This document shows, one piece after another, positions 27,860-37,441 of a stretch of DNA of 64,000 bases. A program made the translations under genes and the position numbers. Position 1 is the first letter of the stretch; every line of letters starts with the position of its first letter. The notes beneath the pieces were generated by a model. The model saw only the letters and a program-made list of their open reading frames with translations. It was not told the DNA's origin and did not search any database. Origin of the DNA: a virus. The stretch lies in the IMG/VR virus record IMGVR_UViG_3300037461_001096, positions 32,001 to 96,000 of that record, one strand, 5' to 3'.

Positions 27860-29656
27860 ATGAATTTTAGTGTATGGCTTACAGAGTTTGTTAAATCCGG
27901 AAGTAATGAAATAAATGGGAATCTATTACTGTCAGTAATAGATCCAAACGGGAAATTCACTCAGTTAATTAAAGTGAAATGTAAATGTGGGGCTATTAGA
28001 ACAGTGTCCCTGTATGCATTTATATCACAAAATAAACAGGTTACTTGTGGTCGTTGCCATCTGTCAAAAATAAAAGAATCTGGTCAAACAACCTTTAATA
28101 ACTTAACCATCTTAAGTAACCTCGAAGAGTCTCGCGGATCTGATAGAGTTAAAGTTAAATGTTCATGCGGGAACGTTGTAGACAACGTCATTTTGCGACA
28201 GGTGTTCGCTGGTAATAAAAAGTCATGCGGATCATGCTCAGTGAACAAAGTCAAAAAATTTGGTCAAACCAAATTTGATAAACTACTAATACTGACACCC
28301 CTTGATTCGATCAAATTAATCTCTCAAAAAGTTGATGTTATATGTGACTGCGGGAACAAAGTTAAAGTTATTTATAGAAATTTAGTCACAGGTAATAGTA
28401 AGAGTTGTGGAAAATGTGAACTATTTTCATTGAAACAATCAGGGGTTGTTAAATGGGGGAGGCTGTCACTTATTGATGACCCATCAACGCTCAAATCATT
28501 GAGTCAACAAACCAGTTTCTTGTGTAATTGTGGGAGAGTTACACGGTTAAAATTATACAACGTTGTTTCTGGCCACACCACAACTTGTGGGAAATGTTAT
28601 GAACAAGTGAGGGCAGCGTTTGATAATCGAAAAGAAGAATTCAAAGAAATGCAGTTCCCAATTCCTCCAGGGAAGTTATTCGGGGTTATAGAATTCAAAA
28701 ATACCATATATAGTAGCAATACGAAATTAGATGCTAAATGTCCAATATGTAATAATAAATGGGCACCCGCATTCAAAGACATTAAGAGAGGTTATTCGCT
28801 AAGTTGTGGATGTTCACTTCATATTACGTCGGGACCACAAAGAGAAATCTTTGAACATATCATATCGACTGGTTTTGAAGCAATGTGTGAGGCTCGCATA
28901 GGCGGATTGAAATATGACATATTCATACCGTCTGCTTCTCTTGCTATTGAATATCATGGTCTCAAGTGGCATTCAACAGATTCAAGCAGGCGTTCTGACC
29001 TAAATAAATATAAAACTGCCATTGCCAGTGAGATTGATCTCATGGTAGTATACGAAGATGAATGGGAAAATAAAAGAAAACAGATTTGCGACATAATTAA
29101 TAACAGATTGAACGTAGCAAAGACAAAGTTTAGAATACGTCCTTCTAGATGTAGAATACTACACATTTCGAGTAATGCAGCTGACACATTCTATGATCAA
29201 AATCATTATATTGGAAAGACTTGTTCTAACATGAATATATGTGCCGAGTTTGATGGAAAAATTATTGCATGTATGTCTTTTAAACACCCAAATAGGCAGT
29301 CAAAATACACATTCGAGTTAACTAGAATGGCGTCTGACCTGGATTTTCGTGTTCATGGTATTTGGTCAAAACTTTTCAAAAAATTTGTGAATGAAACCAG
29401 TCCAGAATCGATCGTCTCATTTTCAGATAACAGACTTTTTACTGGAAAAGTATATGAAAAACTTGGGTTCAAATTTGATGGGAACGTAAAGCCTGATTAT
29501 TATTGGGCGAAAGGAAGACGTAGATTTAATAAATCTGGACTGAGAAAACCCCTGGGAACTATTGAAACAGAACAAGATCTACGCACGAGTCAGGGTTTTT
29601 TTAAAATTTGGGATCTAGGTAAAAAGAGATGGGTGTGGAAAACTCCCGAAAAATAG
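27860..29656 (+). CDS. Hef-like Zn-ribbon array + Vsr/DUF559-like nuclease + Mom-like GNAT (copy C)
   Basis: 4+1 repeats; YDIFIPSASLAIEYHGLKWH...YEDEW; NHYIG...FELTRMAS...SFSDNRLFTGKVYEKLGF...IWDLGKKRW; AT-rich. Confidence 0.75.
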   Translation: MNFSVWLTEFVKSGSNEINGNLLLSVIDPNGKFTQLIKVKCKCGAIRTVSLYAFISQNKQVTCGRCHLSKIKESGQTTFNNLTILSNLEESRGSDRVKVKCSCGNVVDNVILRQVFAGNKKSCGSCSVNKVKKFGQTKFDKLLILTPLDSIKLISQKVDVICDCGNKVKVIYRNLVTGNSKSCGKCELFSLKQSGVVKWGRLSLIDDPSTLKSLSQQTSFLCNCGRVTRLKLYNVVSGHTTTCGKCYEQVRAAFDNRKEEFKEMQFPIPPGKLFGVIEFKNTIYSSNTKLDAKCPICNNKWAPAFKDIKRGYSLSCGCSLHITSGPQREIFEHIISTGFEAMCEARIGGLKYDIFIPSASLAIEYHGLKWHSTDSSRRSDLNKYKTAIASEIDLMVVYEDEWENKRKQICDIINNRLNVAKTKFRIRPSRCRILHISSNAADTFYDQNHYIGKTCSNMNICAEFDGKIIACMSFKHPNRQSKYTFELTRMASDLDFRVHGIWSKLFKKFVNETSPESIVSFSDNRLFTGKVYEKLGFKFDGNVKPDYYWAKGRRRFNKSGLRKPLGTIETEQDLRTSQGFFKIWDLGKKRWVWKTPEK

Positions 29657-29685
29657 GTAATCATGGATTTCATCCATGATTACCT
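29655..29685. terminator. Perfect 14-bp hairpin between convergent genes
   Basis: AGGTAATCATGGAT-TTC-ATCCATGATTACCT; no clear U-tract. Confidence 0.55.
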
Positions 29686-29707
29686 TCCGTCAAGTAGCGT
29701 AGGTCGA

Positions 29708-29770
29708 CTAAACCACCAAATCATACTTGGTACAATAAATCAGCTGAATACCGAAGACGACGCGGCCCAT
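29708..29770 (-). pseudogene. 5' remnant of a co-captured host gene, possibly an RlmB/TrmH-type RNA methyltransferase start
   Basis: ATG 5 nt after the pyrF stop; MGRVVFGIQ is GC-rich, then AT-rich sequence to an early stop. Confidence 0.4.
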
Positions 29771-29775
29771 GGAGA

Positions 29776-30492
29776 TTAGAATCCACGGTGTAACAGGGCG
29801 TCATTGATCTCAGCCACGATGGTGCGTGCGGCGTCAGCGGGGGATGAGGCGTCGCGGATCGGGCGGCCGATGACAAGCACATCGGCGCCATCGCTGATCG
29901 CGGATGCGGGCGTGGCGACACGTTTCTGGTCCTGGGTGGATGAGCCGGAAGGCCTGATGCCCGGAGTGATGAAAAACGCGGCAGCACCGAGGGCCTGGCG
30001 CAGGCTACGCACCTCGCGTGGGGAGCAAACGAAGGCGCGAACCCCGACGCTCCATGCCATGCGCGCAAGGTGAAGCACCTGGTCGGTGGACGAGCGAGTA
30101 CAGCCGATCGCCGACAGGTCACCATCGTCAAGGGAGGTTAGAACGGTAACGCCGACGACACGAAGGCCGGTGGCTTCGCGCGCGGCTCGAGAGACGGCGT
30201 GCTGGAGCATGGCAGGGCCGCCGGAGGTATGCACCGTGAGCAGATGAACGCCCATCGCGCAGGCGTTCGCGACGGCGCGTTCGACGGTGGCGGGGATGTC
30301 GTGGAGTTTCAGGTCGAGGAACACGTCGAATCCAGCGTCTCTGAGCTCGCGGGAGGCAGCAGGCCCCTCCCGGGTGAACATTTCAAGGCCGATCTTGGCG
30401 TAGCCGACGTGAGGGGCGAGCGAAGGCAGCAACTCACGCGCCGCAGCGAGCGAGGGGTAATCAAGAGCGAAGGCAAGGTGGTGCTTCGTCAT
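29776..30492 (-). CDS. pyrF: Orotidine-5'-phosphate decarboxylase in a high-GC island
   Basis: FALD, AKIGLE, FLDLKLHDIPATV, GVTVLTS, TPGIRP, DQKR, VIGRPI; probable start MTKHH at 30492. Confidence 0.95.
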   Translation of the reverse strand: MTKHHLAFALDYPSLAAARELLPSLAPHVGYAKIGLEMFTREGPAASRELRDAGFDVFLDLKLHDIPATVERAVANACAMGVHLLTVHTSGGPAMLQHAVSRAAREATGLRVVGVTVLTSLDDGDLSAIGCTRSSTDQVLHLARMAWSVGVRAFVCSPREVRSLRQALGAAAFFITPGIRPSGSSTQDQKRVATPASAISDGADVLVIGRPIRDASSPADAARTIVAEINDALLHRGF

Positions 30493-30673
30493 GGGACACC
30501 GATGGGGTTGAAGGTTGGGGCGCGGCAGACTAAAGGTAGGAGCACATCGGGTCACCTTCGATGTACATATAAGTGGACCCGGGACTGCTAGGCCTCCTGC
30601 TGGAGTCATCATGATTCATAGCCCCTAGTGTGCTGAAGACACACGTCATGACCAAAAGAGCTATATAAGGGTG

Positions 30674-31075
30674 TCACAAAGACCCGTCTATATTTCCTTT
30701 AAGGACTGTATACATCGGAAGACTATTCTCATGCAACTTCTTACGCATCCGTTCGTCCTCATCATGGGGACTTTCGACAAGTTTGGAACTTTCAGCCATA
30801 CGGACTAGAATTGGGTCATCTGTGATGCGTAAAAGGTCCGACTTAGCTTTAGGTACTCTCTGTAAAAGTATCCACACTTGGGAATAAGTCAGCTCGTCCA
30901 ACACACACTTCGGAGGATATCCAGGGGCCCTGGGGACAAAGAATATATTGTCTGAGGTATCCCCGGTACATAAGGTGCAGTTATTCGGATCCGGATTTAC
31001 CCCGGCATCCGGGTCATACTCTTGGTTCGGGTCTCGATGACATGAATTTGAATTACAGTTACTATCATTACTCAT
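30674..31075 (-). CDS. Hypothetical protein
   Basis: 133 aa ORF with GAGG SD, co-oriented with the nitrilase gene. Confidence 0.55.
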   Translation of the reverse strand: MSNDSNCNSNSCHRDPNQEYDPDAGVNPDPNNCTLCTGDTSDNIFFVPRAPGYPPKCVLDELTYSQVWILLQRVPKAKSDLLRITDDPILVRMAESSKLVESPHDEDERMRKKLHENSLPMYTVLKGNIDGSL

Positions 31076-31082
31076 GCATACC

Positions 31083-31835
31083 TCACAGTTCTACCATAGC
31101 TGCGACGACGCTGTCAGCTCCGAAAACAAGACCTTCAATATGCGGCTTTACATCTTTCCCTATGATAACTGACCCGCCTTGACCAAAATCATGAACAAAT
31201 GATTTGTTATATTCTTTACCCCATTTGTTAGCTACGGCTAGAACGCACGAATTATTCTTCACAAAGTCAATCCAATCAACCGAAGGAAATCCTGCGCCAC
31301 CCCAGTTCATAGGAGCTGCCACAATGTCAATCTTACGCCCAGAAAAAAGTCTTCCACCCGATTGGTTTCTATCTAAGATGTCCCTGCATACAACAACAGA
31401 CATCCACCCTAAGTCTGTTTGAATAATGTCGGGAGGTTTTTCAGCTGGCGTGGCCCAAAGGAAATCATTCCCCCATAAATTTAGTTTACGAACTGTCAAA
31501 ATTATATTACCGCTAGGATCGGCGATAGAAGCCGAATTATATAGGAAATCTTCATCCGTTTCCACAAAACCCCACACAGTATAGGCTTTCAAAGCCTTAG
31601 CTATATGAACCATTCGTTTCGCTGTTAGTCCGTCTGGTTTTTCCGCAACCTTGGCCGCGTCATCCCAGCATAGGAAGCTATAACCCGTAAAAGTTAGCTC
31701 AGGAAAAACGAGCATCTGGGTTCCAAGAGACGCTGCCTGTCTGATTAATGGTTCACAACGCCTAAAGTTATCAGATACGTCGGCCGGGCCTGCAGCGAAA
31801 CGAGGTTTATACTGGATTACTGTTATAATTGGCAC
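31083..31835 (-). CDS. Carbon-nitrogen hydrolase (nitrilase superfamily)
   Basis: E-K-C triad in VFPEL, RKLNL and VVCRD. Confidence 0.85.
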   Translation of the reverse strand: MPIITVIQYKPRFAAGPADVSDNFRRCEPLIRQAASLGTQMLVFPELTFTGYSFLCWDDAAKVAEKPDGLTAKRMVHIAKALKAYTVWGFVETDEDFLYNSASIADPSGNIILTVRKLNLWGNDFLWATPAEKPPDIIQTDLGWMSVVVCRDILDRNQSGGRLFSGRKIDIVAAPMNWGGAGFPSVDWIDFVKNNSCVLAVANKWGKEYNKSFVHDFGQGGSVIIGKDVKPHIEGLVFGADSVVAAMVEL

Positions 31836-31858
31836 GGAAAGACTCTCTAATGAGAGGT

Positions 31859-32185
31859 TTACTTTATTGTTATAAATCCATTTGACAGCATTCTGTTCTC
31901 ATCGCGTTGTTTCATGTTTTCGAATTTTTTCCTCATGGACATTGTGTTTGCTTCTATGACTGAAATAGCTTCCACCACAGTTTTGAATCTAACGTCCGCA
32001 TCAGAATCATCCAGGTTTTTATCTGGATGGTTAGCTATCATGAGGTTTTTGGCCAGTTTTTTAGCCTCTTCAAGTAGCTTCTCAGCTTTTTCGACGCGGG
32101 CAGCTATGCTTGAACAGGCTAAAATTTCTTCGGTGATGACCTTCCAGTCCTTGCCGAGGACTGTCCAAGCAGTGGACATATTCAT
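31859..32185 (-). CDS. Small J-domain-like protein
   Basis: AKKLAKNLMIANHPDKN...RFKTVVEA. Confidence 0.65.
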   Translation of the reverse strand: MNMSTAWTVLGKDWKVITEEILACSSIAARVEKAEKLLEEAKKLAKNLMIANHPDKNLDDSDADVRFKTVVEAISVIEANTMSMRKKFENMKQRDENRMLSNGFITIK

Positions 32186-32376
32186 ATATTAATCCCCTTG
32201 AGTGACTTCAGACCTCTTGACAAGCGACGATTCTTACGTTCCAATAGATAATTTTCCAACTCAAAAACAGTCGACATTTCAAACCCCTTTATCCTTTTAA
32301 ACTCTTCTTTAATCTCTTGGAATTTATCGGAGAATTCGTCATATGTCATAATTATACTATACATAACAATTTTCAA
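32182..32376 (-). CDS. Small hypothetical protein
   Basis: Coupled to the J-domain gene; start uncertain. Confidence 0.4.
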   Translation of the reverse strand: MKIVMYSIIMTYDEFSDKFQEIKEEFKRIKGFEMSTVFELENYLLERKNRRLSRGLKSLKGINI

Positions 32377-32393
32377 ATTGTAAAGTTTATCTT

Positions 32394-32648
32394 ATGGGTC
32401 GAAAGCAGCAAAGAATTGTCATTCTGCCTTCAGCGAACAAGAAAAAGTCTGTAAACTGGAATATTCTTTGGATGAAACTCCGTGTAGTATATGAAGCTGC
32501 CGGCATGGATCGACACAAGGCTGTGCTCGACAATTTTCGAGATCAGAAAGAAGAAATTTGCCGGGTCCTAAACGTTGTAAGCGAAGCTGACCTGGCACGA
32601 ATTCAACGTCAACTAACTGAACAAGTAAATCAAACGAAAGGAATATGA
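32394..32648 (+). CDS. Hypothetical protein
   Basis: First gene of a + strand operon; TGTAAAGT 7 nt upstream. Confidence 0.55.
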   Translation: MGRKQQRIVILPSANKKKSVNWNILWMKLRVVYEAAGMDRHKAVLDNFRDQKEEICRVLNVVSEADLARIQRQLTEQVNQTKGI

Positions 32649-32649
32649 T

Positions 32650-33228
32650 ATGAATGCGAAGACCCCAAAGCAAATGCTTGCTAGGGTACAAACCCTTCTC
32701 AGGGGAATTGACAACTCAGTTCTAGCTATTGAAAAGCACAAGACTTTTGTCGATGACGCCGTTAAAGAAGTCAAGTCTCTTGTGGGGGGAATTGAAGATG
32801 TTACTGACTGGGCTTCAGACAAGAGTCCAGAGTCTAAGCCCGTAGTCAATAAATTAGAATCGAAGAAGAAGCCAGAAATGGAACTTTGCCTTGGAAAGCC
32901 AAAGTTAGAAAAGGCCACTAAAGTGGCGGTCCCAACGTCTGTTACGTCTACAAAGGTCAAGAAGGCCCCTGTGGATGGCCGTCCTTCCCTTAAGGAAGTT
33001 GTGCGTCAAATTGTTGCCAATGACTCTATGTCAGCAGCAGAGATCTGGAATCAAGCCACTGAAAAATGGGGGTACTGGTCTCGACAATCTCTGTATAATG
33101 TACTCAAGGACGGGAGACTGTTTTCCAAACAAGATGATAAATTTTCTCTGGCGAATCATTTTATGGACGAGGCAGAAAAATTTATCAAGCAGGTTGCAGA
33201 TAATCAAGTCGTTAAAAACGTTCAATAA
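32650..33228 (+). CDS. Putative DNA-binding protein with a C-terminal winged HTH
   Basis: Lys-rich linker, then SLKEVVRQIV...MSAAEIW...SRQSLYNVL. Confidence 0.5.
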   Translation: MNAKTPKQMLARVQTLLRGIDNSVLAIEKHKTFVDDAVKEVKSLVGGIEDVTDWASDKSPESKPVVNKLESKKKPEMELCLGKPKLEKATKVAVPTSVTSTKVKKAPVDGRPSLKEVVRQIVANDSMSAAEIWNQATEKWGYWSRQSLYNVLKDGRLFSKQDDKFSLANHFMDEAEKFIKQVADNQVVKNVQ

Positions 33229-33239
33229 TAGATATTATT

Positions 33240-33560
33240 ATGTCGCAGTCACACAGCCACCATGATCCGCTTAGTCTATATGCAATGCGTTTTGCACGCC
33301 ATTGTTTACTTGAACACTTATGTTCACCAGATCACCCGATCTTAAATGTGGAAGCACAGCTTTTGGCCGAAGCCAAACAAATTCTTTACGAATTCTTATT
33401 ATTTAATCCGCAAAAGCGAGAAGATGTGGAAGCAGTCATTAAACGAATTGCTATAAATAAAGCAACTCAGATGACTGAAAATTCAGAGATGCGCAGGACA
33501 GTACTTGCAACTGTCTATAACAGACCATTAGATAATAACATATTTCCGAGCATAAACTGA
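33240..33560 (+). CDS. Hypothetical protein
   Basis: 106 aa ORF within the operon. Confidence 0.5.
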   Translation: MSQSHSHHDPLSLYAMRFARHCLLEHLCSPDHPILNVEAQLLAEAKQILYEFLLFNPQKREDVEAVIKRIAINKATQMTENSEMRRTVLATVYNRPLDNNIFPSIN

Positions 33561-34168
33561 TGGAAGTTGATCTGACTGCGTTCCTGGCGCCCATTAGGAC
33601 GGCCATGGTGGGCGCCGCGTATAAAGCTTCCAAATTCAGACTGAAGAATCCACAGATCTGCTGTCGGCCAAGGTGTATCGGTTGTTGTACTAGGTATATA
33701 ACGGTATCCCTTGCAGAAGCAGCAGTCATAATGATGTATTTGAAAGATCATTCAAAATGGTCGGAAGTGGAAAAACGAGCAGAAGACCTACAGAGGACAG
33801 TCATGCTCGCAAGTCCTGAAGCCTGGTTTAAAATGGGTATACCATGCCCAGTTTTATCAGTTGACGGCCTATGCGAAGCATATATGGTGAGACCGGTTAC
33901 GTGCTCTGCACATTTCGTTGAATTTAGTCCAGAAGCATGTGGAGCAGATTCAACATCTAGAGCGTCTTATGCTGGTAAGGACTATCCCGAAGCGTATTTA
34001 GACTTCATAAAGGCATTTGACGCTACCATTGGGCCGTCATCTTATTTTAGAGTAATGGCTCCTATGCCATTGGCTTTACTCTTTGCAAAAAAAGTGGCAT
34101 ATAAAAAAATAGAAGACCTCGATGCCCTAGTTAAAGTATTAGCGAAAGAGTCTCCGAAAAATGGATAA
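33560..34168 (+). CDS. YkgJ-family (CxxxCxxCC) Fe-S/Zn-binding protein
   Basis: CRPRCIGCC...CPVL...CEAYMVRPVTC. Confidence 0.8.
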   Translation: MEVDLTAFLAPIRTAMVGAAYKASKFRLKNPQICCRPRCIGCCTRYITVSLAEAAVIMMYLKDHSKWSEVEKRAEDLQRTVMLASPEAWFKMGIPCPVLSVDGLCEAYMVRPVTCSAHFVEFSPEACGADSTSRASYAGKDYPEAYLDFIKAFDATIGPSSYFRVMAPMPLALLFAKKVAYKKIEDLDALVKVLAKESPKNG

Positions 34169-34403
34169 CTGTGTATACTGCAATACGCCGGGAAAAGTTA
34201 GAGTTATAAAAACGAGTGGTGTTGGCTCCGACATTTATGCATGTGATGGATGCTGGGAGCTTTTAAAAGACCCAAAGACAGCTTTGCCCCTAATCAGGGG
34301 ACATTTGACAATAACCTTGAGAGACACAGTGCCTAAAAGCACCCTCGATAGGGTGTTAAATGTTTTCATGGAAAAAATTTCCGCCTGGAAACAACAAAAC
34401 TAA
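34161..34403 (+). CDS. Small zinc-finger protein
   Basis: CVYC...CDGC. Confidence 0.55.
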   Translation: MDNCVYCNTPGKVRVIKTSGVGSDIYACDGCWELLKDPKTALPLIRGHLTITLRDTVPKSTLDRVLNVFMEKISAWKQQN

Positions 34404-35266
34404 TACACGCCAACCTGAGCACGCGCTGCGACAACTGTGTTTTTAAGTAAAAATGCAATTGTCAGTGGTCCAACACCGCCAGGAACCGGCGTAATCGCAA
34501 AAGCATTCAACCGCGCTGCTTCATAATCAACGTCACCCACTAGTGTACCATCGCCAATACGGTTGATCCCCACATCCACAACTACTGCCCCTGGCTTAAT
34601 CCAGCTGCCTTTAATCATTTTTGCTTGCCCAACTGCTGCCACTAAAACATCAGCCACTCGACACAGCGTGTCAAGATCTCGTGTTCGAGAATGTGCAATT
34701 GTAACTGTTGCATGCTGTGCTAGTAATAATTGTGCTACTGGTTTGCCAACCAGATTACTACGACCGACGACCACTGAATGCATCCCTTTCAGGCTCACCC
34801 CTGATTCTTGTATTATTCGCATGCAGCCTTGCGGTGTGCACGGAACTAACCTCGGGCTCCCATTTACAAGCAAACCCGCATTTGTTGGATGGAGCCCGTC
34901 TACGTCCTTTGACGGATCGAGTAGATCAATCACACGTTTTTCATACAGCCCATTAGGTAAGGGCAACTGCACCAAGATACCATCAACTGTGTCGTCAGTG
35001 TTTAATTTTTCGATCAGTGACAATAAATCCCTTTCACTTGTATTTGCAGGCAATCGATGGGTATAGCCCACTATTCCAACCTTGGCCGCTGCTTTTTCTT
35101 TATTTTGAACGTAAACACGAGAAGCTGGATCGTCCCCAACTAGCACAACGTGTAAGCCAGGAGCGCGTCCGTGGGCGGTTATAAACTGTTTTACTTCTGC
35201 TGAGACTTCGTCCTTCACCTTGGCGGCAATAGTTTTGCCATCAAGAATCTTTCCAGTATTACTCAT
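34400..35266 (-). CDS. folD: Methylenetetrahydrofolate dehydrogenase/cyclohydrolase
   Basis: ILDGK, VGDDPAS..YV..K, DGILVQLPLP, KDVDG, PCTP, GRSNLVGKP, ITPVPGGVGP. Confidence 0.95.
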   Translation of the reverse strand: MSNTGKILDGKTIAAKVKDEVSAEVKQFITAHGRAPGLHVVLVGDDPASRVYVQNKEKAAAKVGIVGYTHRLPANTSERDLLSLIEKLNTDDTVDGILVQLPLPNGLYEKRVIDLLDPSKDVDGLHPTNAGLLVNGSPRLVPCTPQGCMRIIQESGVSLKGMHSVVVGRSNLVGKPVAQLLLAQHATVTIAHSRTRDLDTLCRVADVLVAAVGQAKMIKGSWIKPGAVVVDVGINRIGDGTLVGDVDYEAARLNAFAITPVPGGVGPLTIAFLLKNTVVAARAQVGVY

Positions 35267-35275
35267 ATGGTTATC

Positions 35276-36013
35276 CTATAAACGCCGCAGTTGGAAATGA
35301 CCGTTCTCGTTTGATTTATAAATATCTAGAACTAAAGTTTTGATCTGAAGCCGAAAGTTTATGATTGACTTATTTGAGATTTTATGACCGTACCAGCTTA
35401 AGGCTTCGCGAATAACATCAGGGCTCGCCCCACTACGCACAGCACGCATATACCTCGCTAAATCTCGATAACCACGCCGACGCATGACATTTTCAACATC
35501 CCGTAGATGACTATCCATTTCATCATCTTTTATATGATTTTCAAGAATATCGAGCATCGTTCGGAAGTCATCGGCGCCAATCGGTGCGTCAATCGAATCT
35601 TTCTCCCTATCATGTCGCTTTTTGCGGTGTACTAAATTTATGCATACGTTATTCGCAATCATGTAAACATAATGACCAAATGAGCTTTTACGGGGGTCAT
35701 GAGCTGATTTAGTGTGATTTTTATGGATAATAGCTACAAAGACCTCTTGTAATAACTCCTCCATTGAAATGTCTGCAACACGGAAGTATTTATGTACAAT
35801 TTTTGTGATATCCTGTATTTTATTTTCAACATCGACTCCGAGATGTATCGTAGGATCATCGGGGGATACACGAGGCCAGGGGAGCTTTTTCGGGGGTGCT
35901 TTTGCTGGTTTTAATGAAGTCTTTACCACCCGGACATGTTTGTTCTCACATATTCCCATGCAGCACCTCCAGTGGACAATGTTTATTGTACCATGATAAT
36001 AAACATCATTCAA
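35276..36013 (-). CDS. Phage sigma factor (sigma70 region 2)
   Basis: EELLQEVFVAI...HDPRKSSFGHYVYMIANNVCINLVHRKKR; start uncertain. Confidence 0.7.
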   Translation of the reverse strand: MNDVYYHGTINIVHWRCCMGICENKHVRVVKTSLKPAKAPPKKLPWPRVSPDDPTIHLGVDVENKIQDITKIVHKYFRVADISMEELLQEVFVAIIHKNHTKSAHDPRKSSFGHYVYMIANNVCINLVHRKKRHDREKDSIDAPIGADDFRTMLDILENHIKDDEMDSHLRDVENVMRRRGYRDLARYMRAVRSGASPDVIREALSWYGHKISNKSIINFRLQIKTLVLDIYKSNENGHFQLRRL

Positions 36014-36075
36014 ATATAATATACATTTACAAGAGCCCGAAGTTTAAAACTACTAACAATAGTATTGTCATTCAA

Positions 36076-36615
36076 ATGGGAAACACTAAGCCAGATTTTT
36101 TACAAGAGTGCATGTCAGAATTCAGGAGTGCACCAATTGACGCATTCAACAGAGAATTCTGTATGATGTGTTCAAACAGAGAGTGTGCAAGAAGCTGGGG
36201 AAATAACTCAGTATTCGATTTTAGGATAAAAAACTGGAGGTCTATCCTATTCGAGAATGTTCCAAGATTAAATGATCCAAATATGGCAAACAAAGGATTT
36301 GAGCCTGCAAATCTTGGAAGAATTCAAGAAATCCGGACATCGGTTTTTGAAACTTCTGAACCATCGTCTTATGACGATGCTCCGGATACAGATCCATCTC
36401 CCCCAATTTTTGACGAAGTTATTTCTTCTCTTCCGATTTCTGACGAGAAAGTATCCCAAGTGTCCCAAGTCTCTAATGAAAAGATAACTTCTACTTCTTT
36501 ACCTAAGACACCAGAAACGGTTAACACTCCGTTCAACCGTCCCATTATGCTTGGTGGGACGCCAAAAGAGGAGAAGACAGAACCGGGTTCTGTCTTTATT
36601 TTTGATGATGAGTGA
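36076..36615 (+). CDS. Hypothetical protein with a Cys-rich N-terminus
   Basis: Probable ATG at 36076; EC...FCMMCSNRECARS. Confidence 0.55.
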   Translation: MGNTKPDFLQECMSEFRSAPIDAFNREFCMMCSNRECARSWGNNSVFDFRIKNWRSILFENVPRLNDPNMANKGFEPANLGRIQEIRTSVFETSEPSSYDDAPDTDPSPPIFDEVISSLPISDEKVSQVSQVSNEKITSTSLPKTPETVNTPFNRPIMLGGTPKEEKTEPGSVFIFDDE

Positions 36616-37441
36616 TGAGTATAAATGGGGGGATGACCCCGTAGCAGCCATTCAAAAAGCGGCCGGGTCGTCGTTAGCTGTTCAAATCGAAGACGACATT
36701 GTAGCCGGTTATCTCATACTGCTTCGTAAAGAGATAGAAAGCAATTCAGAGCTATCTGAATTGATTGCAAAAGGTAACTCGGAAAATGTTGTAAAAACAG
36801 CTTTGACTTCGGCATGTAAACTCGTAAAACCGGGAACCGATTATTTGCTTGATAGAGTTATATCAATGCTTCTTGAAGAGCTTGAACAGCATAGACAAGC
36901 AAAGCCGAGCTTATACCTCATTAGCCAAAAAACCGGCCGTGCAATTATCCCCATAGAGGCTAAAGATGTATATACACCTCCAGACTATATTGGACTTGAT
37001 GGGAAAATTCACAAGTCCAACCCGATTGTCCACCCAAAATTATCTTCATCGTTAGCTATAGCCTCATATGAAGCAGCTAAACAAGAGTTAGTTCTTACTA
37101 AAATAACACCAAAGACACATATGGCACACACACATTTATCCACTCCAGAACAAATAGTGCAAAAGGCCAGGCAAAAACTTGCTGGGTTACCCCCATGCGA
37201 AAACGGAGAATGGAAAGACGTTGAATTTGGAAAAGAGCATGTCGCCGGGATGGAACAGTCGGTTAACCCGTCATTTCATCGGGTTGAACTGTTTTCATCC
37301 ATTCTTGCCAGGAAGGTGTTTGAATTGTGCGGAAAAGGAGGGCAGTATAACTTCGGATCCATCAGAAGCTGTCGTAATGCCAAGTTGCGCTGGTACGTGA
37401 TTCCCGTTGAATTCAAGCGAATGGATATCACCGGCATTTGA
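36605..37441 (+). CDS. Hypothetical protein
   Basis: Long ORF coupled to the upstream gene (ATG at 36605 or 36608). Confidence 0.55.
   Translation: MMSDEYKWGDDPVAAIQKAAGSSLAVQIEDDIVAGYLILLRKEIESNSELSELIAKGNSENVVKTALTSACKLVKPGTDYLLDRVISMLLEELEQHRQAKPSLYLISQKTGRAIIPIEAKDVYTPPDYIGLDGKIHKSNPIVHPKLSSSLAIASYEAAKQELVLTKITPKTHMAHTHLSTPEQIVQKARQKLAGLPPCENGEWKDVEFGKEHVAGMEQSVNPSFHRVELFSSILARKVFELCGKGGQYNFGSIRSCRNAKLRWYVIPVEFKRMDITGI

Noticed and set aside
29721-30591. Overlapping ORFs 29721-30131, 29804-30073 and 30199-30591
   Set aside because: Expected by-products of high-GC sequence in the alternative frames of pyrF.
30493-30612. 40-aa N-terminal extension of PyrF in the ORF track
   Set aside because: PyrF similarity starts at MTKHHLAFALD, and the extension crosses the GC boundary.
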